Positions 55,372 to 64,000 of a DNA stretch of 64,000 bases are shown piece after piece. A program made the position numbers and the translations under genes. Position 1 is the first letter of the stretch. Each line of letters starts with the position of its first letter. Source of the DNA: Eledone cirrhosa (taxonomy: Eukaryota); NCBI GenBank assembly GCA_964016885.1, contig OZ024742.1, positions 61,070,001 through 61,134,000 of the forward strand, in the 5' to 3' direction. Below the pieces are notes generated by a model. That model saw only the letters and a list, made by a program, of their open reading frames with translations, did not search any database and was not told the DNA's origin.

Positions 55372-57120
55372 GGAAAAATTTGAACAGGGACAAAACAGAG
55401 AGGCAGTACAACGAATGTTTAATAATTTCACGCTCTGGAGAGTGGGGTGTTGGTAGGGGACGACGTTTCGGGCATAAGCCCTTCCTCAGGTGAGAAGTGT
55501 GTGGGAACAGAGTTCAAAGGGTGTGTAGGGGAGTGGTGGAGAGACATATAGTGAAAGGAAACGGTGCGAATGAAAAAATAAAAAAATAAAGATAAAAATA
55601 AAATAAAGCATGATCAAAATACAAGGAATGAAATAAATTTAAATATAAAAGCATGATCAAAATAAACTGAAATTAAAAGGGGGGTAAAACAGGTGGTGGA
55701 AGGGTGTGGGGTGTGTAGGGGTGTTGGCGGGTGGAGTGGGGAGAGGGAGACGGAGTGTCCGAGCGGGGAGGGCTGAAGGTGGTGTGTGTGTGTAGGTGTA
55801 CGTGTGTGTGTGTGTGTGTGTATGTGAAAGTAAGGGTTGGGGGAAGAACGGGGTTGCATGTTCAGGAAGATGTGTGTGTGGGGGGGGGTCGGAGTGTCTG
55901 TGCGTGTGTGGATAGAGGGGTGGGGGGAGAGGAATCAGGAGGTGGGGGTGTAAATATGTGGTGGAAAGAACGTGTGTGTGGGGTTTAAGCGTGTTGTGGG
56001 TGTAGGTGGCGTGTGAAGAAAAAAATGTTTGGGTGTGTGTGTGGGTGAGTTATATAGGTGATTACGTAAGAGGATGGTTGAAAAGTAGGTAAATTCCAAA
56101 GGGATATAGCGGATTTTGTGTTGGTCAATTTCTGCGTGCGGGTATTCCATGAAGCGACGGTCGGAAGAGGAGAGATGTGGGGTGCGCGCGCAACAGGAAG
56201 TGGTCAAGCAGTGGGAGTGCTGTGTGTCTGTTTGTGCTGGTAGGTGGTCAGAGGGCATGGCAGCAGTCGGTGGAATGGTAAAGGGGCGAGGATGGGTAGA
56301 TGTGAAAGTTGGAGTGAGGAGGGTGTGTGTGTGTGTATTAGTAGAGGTGTTAGTGGGATGAGTGAGTGTGGAGCGAAGGTGTGGGTGGAGCGGGGAGAGA
56401 AGGGTGTGTGTGGTTCTATGGAGGGAGTGTGGTGTACTGGTGTGTGTGTAATTTGATGAAGGGGTTTTAGTGGGTGTTAGTATACGGGAGGTGGGGAGGG
56501 GTTGAATGCAGGTGTGAGTGGGGGTTAGTGGTGGTGGGGTCTGTAGAGTTGGTGGTGTACGAGGGTGTGTGGGTACGTGTGCGTGGGGTTGGGGGTGTTA
56601 GTGATGTTAGTTGCGTGTGGGGTGGGTGGTGTAAGTGGGTGCGTGTGTTCGTGTACTTGGGGTTATGGGGTGTTAGTGAGGTTAGTTGCGGGGTGGTGGG
56701 ATGGAGGTGTGGGGTGATAGGTGTGAGGGTAGGGGTTAGTGGTGGTAGTAGGGTGTGTGTTTAGTGTGAGCGCGTGTATATATGTGCCGGTGGGTGTGTG
56801 CGTGTGATAAGTAGGGGAGAGGAGGAGAAGAAGGGAGGGATGTTAGTATGTTAGTTGGGTAAGGGTGGTAAGATGAGGGGTGGAGTGGAGGTGTTAGTAT
56901 TGTTAGTTGTGGGGTGGGAGGTGAAAAGGGGGGGTGTGTTAGTGGTGTTAGTGGGGGGTAAGTGTGGGGGGGGGGGTCTAAGGCTAGAGGAATAAGGGTG
57001 GGGAGTTCAGGCCGGGGGGAGTGTGGGTCTGTAAGATGAAGATAGTTCGTTGTTCGACCGTAAGGCGATTGGCGGGTGTTCCGTGGCACTGGAGTAGGCC
57101 ACAGACTGTGAGATGGCGTG
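55368..57120 (-). mobile_element. Neptune-like PLE 3' end with long C/A-rich low-complexity UTR
   Basis: LTVCGLLQCHGTPANRLTVEQRTIFILQTHTPPGLNS (GIY-YIG C-terminus, ~57000-57115). Terminal hammerhead. TA tracts on both sides. Confidence 0.82.
55460..55491 (-). ncRNA. Minimal type I hammerhead ribozyme
   Basis: Reverse complement AC-CTGAGGA-A-GGGC-TTAT-GCCC-GAA-ACGT-C/GT. Palindromic stem III ACGT, GUC triplet. Confidence 0.8.
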
Positions 57121-57204
57121 CGATATATATATATATATATTTATAAATTATTAAAAAATAATGAATAAACAAAGAAACAGTTCCTTATATTAAACAAAAA
57201 AGTT

Positions 57205-57343
57205 CATTATTTTACGATTGTTTCTAGGACATATATGTGTTAGAATTGGTATGCATATTCAAAAGATCTATGTACAAAATTATACAAACTATCAGAGAGA
57301 ATATACATACCTTCACATATATATGCTGTCTTCAGAAATAATG
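57205..57343 (-). ncRNA. Type I hammerhead ribozyme with extended (~110-nt) stem II
   Basis: Reverse complement CATTATTT-CTGAAGA-[long hairpin]-GAA-ACAATCGT-A/AAATAATG. Perfect 8-bp stem I, GUA triplet. Confidence 0.75.
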
Positions 57344-57600
57344 ATGCTTGTTTAATGATAATAACAACAATTCAAAATAATAGGTCTGTTTGGGAACAGA
57401 TTTTGAATAGACCAATGAAATAAGGATTGAGATACATAAAAATTTATCAAGAAAATACAGTTAGGTGTGTATATATGTATGTAAATACGCTCACAGATGT
57501 GCATAAAAGTGTATGCTCATATGTATACGTATATTGAAAAAGTGTATGTAAATATAAAAATTTAGGGCTAATGTATCTGTATGTCTATAATCAACAGACA

Positions 57601-57641
<41 letters not shown>

Positions 57642-58072
57642 GTATATGGATATTGAGGCGCTCACATAAACACGCCCACACACACTTACATTTAGCTGCG
57701 GAAGTAAAAGAGGTAAGGGAGTATAGTAATTAAAGGAAAGTGTCAATCTCGACATACTTATAAAAATGTATCTATAAATTAGAAATAAAAAAAATTTTTA
57801 TAGAAGGAAAAAACTCAAGAAAAGAAGACAAAAAAGGGGGGGACGTACATACACAGACACACATGTCTCACAAAAGAAATATAAAAAAACATAAAAGAGA
57901 GACATAAAATATACATGCTTATATACACACGCACATTTACACATCCATACGTTCGATACATACATACATACACATACACATACACATACTTACACTCACG
58001 CATATTGACCTGTTTGTATGCACACACATAATAAAAATAAGTAAAACATATACGCATACATATAAATATACA

Positions 58073-58145
<73 letters not shown>

Positions 58146-58519
58146 CCATGTATATATACACAACCACACACACACACACACTCAGACATACATATATATA
58201 GAGACATACACACACATATATACACAGTCAGACACATATACACATATATACACATACATACACACATCTCTACACATACATATACATACATATATATACA
58301 CACATATATATATATATATACACATATATATACATATATATGCGCACATATGTATTTTTATACTCACATACAAACACACATACATACATACACACTTACA
58401 TACACATACATACATCCACGCTTACATATACATATAATTATTGGGGGGGGAGGGGATTAAATTTATTAGTGGGAAATAGTAAATATATAGGTTTCAAGGA
58501 ACATAGAATACTAATCTGC

Positions 58520-59515
58520 AGTTAAATCATTATATGTGTTTACTTAGTGGTATCAGTTTTAGGAAATGGTATTTGTAAGAGGGAAAAATTATGTATTTTA
58601 ATATAAGTAGAATATTAATTATAGGTTAACTAAAATAAAAATAGTTAATATATTAATTTCTAAGGTGTATACTAATTAGGTTTATAATATTTAAAGCGGA
58701 ATTTTGAAGTTAAACAGTAGTAGAGTATTAATTATAGCATAACTAAATTAAAAATAATTACATATATTTACATGATGGTATCAATTTTAGGAAATGAATT
58801 TTGTAAGAGGGAAAGTCAAATTAAGTAGTTCATCGGTAGTAGATTATTAATTATAGGTTAACTAAATTAAAAATTATATATTAATTTCTATAGTATATGT
58901 TAATTAGGTTTATAATAATTAAAGCAAAATTTTGTAATTTATCTATAGTAGAATTTTAATTATAGGTTAACTAAATTAAAATTAATCTATATATTAATTT
59001 GTAAAGTGTATATTAATTAGGTATATATTTAAAAGTTTTTCTCAGTTTATGATTACACGATATTTTGCATTTCATCTGTATTAGAATTTTAATTATAAGC
59101 TAACTAAATTAAAATTATAGGTTAACTAAATTAAAATTAATTTATATATTAATTTGTAAATTGTATATTAATTAGGTTTATAATATTAAAAAGTATTTCT
59201 CCGTTTTTAATTACACGATATTTTGTTGTATTTCATCTGTAAAAGAATTTTAATAATAGGTTAAATAAACTAAAATTAATCTATATATTAATTTCCAAAG
59301 TATATATTAATTAGGTTAATAATATTTAAATGTTTTTCTCAGTTTATGATTATACGATATTTTTTAATTTCATCTGTAGTAGAATTTTTATTAAATTAAA
59401 ATTATAGGTTAACTACATTAAAATTAATGTATATATTAATTTCTAAAATATATATTATTAATTAGGTTTATAATATTTAAATGTTTTTCTCAGTTCATGA
59501 TTACACGATATTATT
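58520..59515 (-). repeat. Degenerate tandem repeats (~110-155 bp) derived from the PLE ORF terminus and proximal UTR
   Basis: TTAATTAGGTTTATAATATTTAAA.GTTTTTCTCAGTT.ATGATTACACGATATT recurs at ~59460, 59310, 59170 and 59015, and more weakly at 58900 and 58675. Confidence 0.85.
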
Positions 59516-62049
59516 AATTCCTGTCGCTTATTTAATAGGATATCCTTAGATTTCATTATTTCAAATAGTTCTTGGGAACACAATCTACATTCATTTCTAT
59601 TATTTTGATAAGGGGTGGCTCTTTTGAGCACACTCCAGGTCATATCATATTCTATATTCCTATTTCTATAACTATTAATTTTTTCTGCTAGAGATGTTGT
59701 ATTAGCCAGTGCGGCATTTTTAAAAACTATGTTTGTGGGTATTAAATCTTACCTTAAAATTGTTAGAAGTAGCTCCTATATATGAGCAAATAGAATCCTT
59801 AGTTTTAACTTTACATTTATATACTATGTTGTTAACAAGACAATTTCCTTTTAATGGGCAGTTTGCCTTGTTTCTACAGTTACAACCTTTCGTTAATTCT
59901 GTATTTGAGGAGATATTATGGCTAGTTTGATGTACTGGTGGTATACTTATGTTTTTTTTACATTTATATGCATTATAGGCACTTATATTTTGTTTTATAT
60001 TTTTGGTTGTTGAGTATGAGAATTTAACTGTTGATCTATTTAAGATTTGATGGTATTTGTAGTTTGGCGGGAAGTTTTTCTCTAGGATATTAAAGAATTG
60101 TTTAGGTATATTATCCTTAATTTGTAAATTAAATGGAGCATTATACCAAGTAACTCGTCTATTACGGTTTCTATGTTGTTTATTGTTTTTATAGGATGCA
60201 TCCTGATGTTTACTAGGAGGATTATTGTTAATAACCTCTCCACGCACATTTTTAGTTAAATTTATTGATTTAGGTGTTTTAGCTTGTTTATTAGGAGTTT
60301 TATTATTAACATTTATTAGAGTTGTATGATGAGTAGTTTTTTGAGAGTTACTATACTTTATATTAGAGGAGTTAGAGAAATTTGGTTTTATGTTGGTATT
60401 TTGGGGTATAGTGTGAGTGGCATTTAGGTGTGTGCGTTTCATTTGGTGTTTGTTGGTAATATTAGGTTGTATGTTTATAGTGTTATTGGTAGAAGGTAAA
60501 TATTCCAATCTATTTTTGTGGCCACTTCTAGCTAGAGCTTCGTTATAGAAGGTCGCATTTTTATCAAATACATCTTGGTTAGACGAAAGGTTAGAAATTC
60601 TAAGTGATATATTATATGCAATGTTTTTAAGGATAGATTTAGGGTGATTAGATTGTGAGTGTATGTAGTGTAAGTTTTGGTTGGGTTTATGGTAAGGTTG
60701 GTAGATACCCGTAGCCAAGTCTAAAGTTATATCTAGGAAATTAACTACTTTACTTGTGTTTTCAAAAGTAATATCTAGACTATAATAGTCTTTAAGGAAA
60801 GTTCTAATAAGCTTTTTGTTTTTTCTATTCCTGAGAGGCTAAGGTTGTTGGAAAGAAGAAGACAGTCATCACGATATAAACCACCTTTAAGGTGGGGAAA
60901 GGAAGCATTTATGTTAAAAAGAAGAAAGAGGCCCACAAGATCAGTAATTTGGGCAGAATCGCTTGAGCCCATAGTAATATCAAATAGATTACTATATGTG
61001 TTTCTGGTCCAGTATTCATTCTGAAATTCAATAAGTGTTAGTCTAGCATGTGTAATAATATTAATGTCATCCAAAGTTAAGTTAGATCTATTTTTAGCAA
61101 ATATCAAAGCTTTGTTCAGGAGTATAGGTGATATAGAAGAATAGTAATTATCTATATCAAATTGTAGAAATGAAGCAGAAGATTTACATCTAATATTATT
61201 AAACCAGTTAATTACTTGGGAAGTGTTTTCCCAGAATGGTAAATTAACATGTTTTCTTATTTGTGGGATGACTCTATCTAAAATTGTTTTGCTAATTATT
61301 CCAATATCTGATTTGAAGGGACATATAAGTCTTATAGAAGGATTAGAGTTAAAGTTTGATTTATGATCTTTCAGGTTGAAGTGTGGTCTTTTCAATGCCA
61401 AAGGTTCAGTTCTATCTTCAATATTTATATATATATATATTTATATATATATATATGTATAAATGTGTATGTATATATATGCGAGAATATGTATTTGTAT
61501 GTACACATTTGTACGAGCACATGCAAATGCATGTGCGCTTACATGTGTACATATACACATGCCCACATGTACATATATACACAGTTTTATATAATATATC
61601 CATGTTTACTCATGCTTCCAGGAATAGTTTAATACACTGCCACTACAGTCTTCTAATTAACTACCTAAATACACGTCTGTTTTCTTTTCAATTGATGCCC
61701 TCACAAATCTACATTATTCGTGTGATGTCCTAGGCCAGACTAAAATTTTCGAATTAACGCTTGTTCTCTCTCTGAATACAAGCTACTCCTACTTCATAAA
61801 ACTTCTATTAAGGTCTCACTACTTCACTTTGATGGTTGGTTCAAATTTAAGATGATAGGGTGGGGAGATGAGTATATAATATGGGTCAAGTGGTGGTTGA
61901 TAGATAGTTATGTCGGTGGTTGTGGTAGTGGTGCCGTTAGTGATACATTGAAAATTATAAAAATATAGTAAATTGCTTTTCACAAAATAAGGAAATATTA
62001 AATAAAATATATTTAAAATACATTTGTGGCAGGCACAATGCTATTATAT

Positions 62050-62193
<144 letters not shown>

Positions 62194-62616
62194 ACCACAC
62201 AGATGCAACATGAATAAAATGTTAATGTACTAACATTATTAAAAAGGCTCGAAGAAACGAGACATATTCATATCACCTAGTATGTACTATATACCTTAAT
62301 TTGAAAACAAAGTTGCTGAAGGAAAGTGAGTGCATTTAAATAATATGATTTTCATTGGTATAACAGTCAAACACACAGTCAAACACACACATATATTTAT
62401 ATGCATATATATATTAATATGTATTTATATATATATACACATAAATAAATATAGTACAAATAAGTGTTTTTATATATATGTTTATATTTCGTATTACCTG
62501 TTGCAGAGCAAAGTTCTACCTGCAGGAAAAATGAATATATATATTTATACATTTCAGTGTTTGTAAAGATCGCTTGTCCTTACTTTACAGGTTTTTAGTG
62601 GTTTTCATATTGAATT

Positions 62617-62666
<50 letters not shown>

Positions 62667-62749
62667 CATTCATACACATTTTAACGGTGAACAAAAGAAA
62701 ACCACATACTTCATCGTGTAGTCTAAAAGTAGGAATTCGCAAAATTTCA

Positions 62750-64000
62750 AGTGATAGCCCAGTGGAAAACCACCTAAAGAGGGCAAGTTTTAAAAGGAGA
62801 CCGATTGATTATTAGAAAAGAGATGACAGATGTAAAGACGTAGGAGAGACAACCAGAATGTTGTGTACTCTGAAATCTGCAAGGCCACCAAACATCACAT
62901 GAAGGAGCGGCAGTTGAAAGCCCAGGAACAGAATAGAGGAATGAATTCAATCAAAAGGAAGCAGTGTTTAGGCAAAGATAACATCATCAGATTGTTGAAA
63001 AAGAACGGCAGACTCATCTTTGATGCAAACAAACTTATAAATGCTGGGAGAAATTTTACAGCAAGCTATATAGGACAAGATGGTCCCAGAGCCGCCAACC
63101 ATGCTCCAGAACAAAACTCTCAACAACAACTACTCGCCCTTCTATTATTCCATCCGAGACAAGAACGAGCATTAAAGGATTAAAGAGAGAAAAGGCACCA
63201 AGCAAAGACAAGCATAACAATTATTCTCCAGGATAATCGAGAACCCATTGTCATGGTACTCAACAAGCTCACTAGCGGGTGTTTAGAAAAATGCTGTGTT
63301 CCTCGCAGCTGGAAGAATACTATTATCTTAATCCACAAAAAAAGAAGATAATGTAGACCTCAGAAAGGTGTTTTTATATATCCTACACAGGAGGATGTTC
63401 GGTACATTAGAGCTGCGCAAATCAAGAGCAAGAGGATTCAGGTCAGGATTCTCAACAATATACCACATCCAGTTAGTTAGTCAACTATAAGAGAAGGTAA
63501 ACGAATACGCCTTCCCTCTATGCTTCGTCTTTGTCGACTAAGAAAAGACATTTGATGCCATCGAGATCAGTTTACAGCTTCGAGAAGCAAGGCGTGGTCC
63601 CTGCTTACATCACACTTCTAAAGGATCATTACAATGGCGCTACATCCGCTCTCAGAGAAGCGAGACAAAGAAACCACATTTCCACGACATTGTATACATC
63701 TTGTTTACAAGACGCCATCGTCAATATTGTCAACTGAGAGAACAAGTGTATCAACATGGATGATGAACTCTTCTGTCAACTAGACTTCGAAGATGATATC
63801 ATCCTAATAACCCATGCACAACAGGATTTGGAGGAGACTCTCAATGTCTTCTACGCCCTTAGCCAACAAGTGGGCCTTAACAAGCATCTTAAGAAAGCCA
63901 AGGTCATGTTTAACAGCCACACTAAACCGTAAGTAGTTATTGTAGGTAGAAAGGCCATTGAGGAAATAGTCAGTGATGTATACCTCGGAAAAAAAGTTTG
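62750..64000 (+). mobile_element. RTE-clade LINE RT, degraded, runs off the window end
   Basis: KAP, ILIHKK, GFRSGFSTIYHI, EKVNEYAFPLCFVFVD*EKTFDAIE, LDFEDDIILI, KKAKVMFN, VYLG. Confidence 0.9.

Larger units (their letters stand above)
57140..61420 (-). mobile_element. Naiad-type PLE, best-preserved copy (RT, linker and GIY-YIG at 59458-61420 with two frameshifts; long 3' region)
   Basis: LKDHK..F, RLICPFKSDIG, FDIDNYYSSI, ITMGSSDSAQITDLVG, GGLYRDD, NFLDITLDL, SNHP, CNCRNKANCPLKGNCL, VYKC..YIGATSNNFKVRFNTH, CRLCSQE, LLNKRQE. Confidence 0.93.

Noticed and set aside
55690-57000. G/T-rich tract as telomeric repeat or Gly/Val-rich CDS
   Set aside because: No regular TTAGGG array; it is the low-complexity UTR between a GIY-YIG end and a hammerhead.
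59830-59890. Selenocysteine (UGA) recoding as reported for some Naiad PLEs
   Set aside because: The CxCx5C positions are ordinary Cys codons here and at 47.6 kb, and no in-frame TGA occurs there in the 52 kb copy. No SECIS was recognised.

Overview
Eukaryotic, very AT-rich, microsatellite-saturated DNA; the SINE cores and repeat landscape point to a mollusc, most likely an octopus (inference). There is no prokaryotic operon, CRISPR array, rRNA or intact tRNA gene, and most entries in the ORF track are microsatellite artefacts. The window is dominated by retroelements: three Naiad-type Penelope-like elements (PLE; RT plus C-terminal GIY-YIG), three further PLE 3' ends, RTE, CRE, CR1 and R4/Dong LINE fragments, two tRNA-derived SINE families, one full-length defective mariner and one hAT-type MITE. 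Structure not visible in the ORF track: (i) more than ten type I hammerhead ribozyme motifs, intact to degenerate, including one with a ~110-nt stem II; (ii) about seven different non-coding fold-back element families, nearly all in (TA)n, sharing an 'inverted arm / arm / short extension' architecture; (iii) a (CATA)n array hosting both an R4/Dong element and a bipartite non-autonomous RTE; (iv) a heavily decayed, apparently intronless ionotropic glutamate receptor-like pseudogene at ~0.45-4.5 kb (-); (v) a chain of phase-compatible minus-strand exons (8.4-25.5 kb) from an unidentified, probably decaying host gene. All family assignments come from motif recognition by eye; no database search was run, and element boundaries are approximate.
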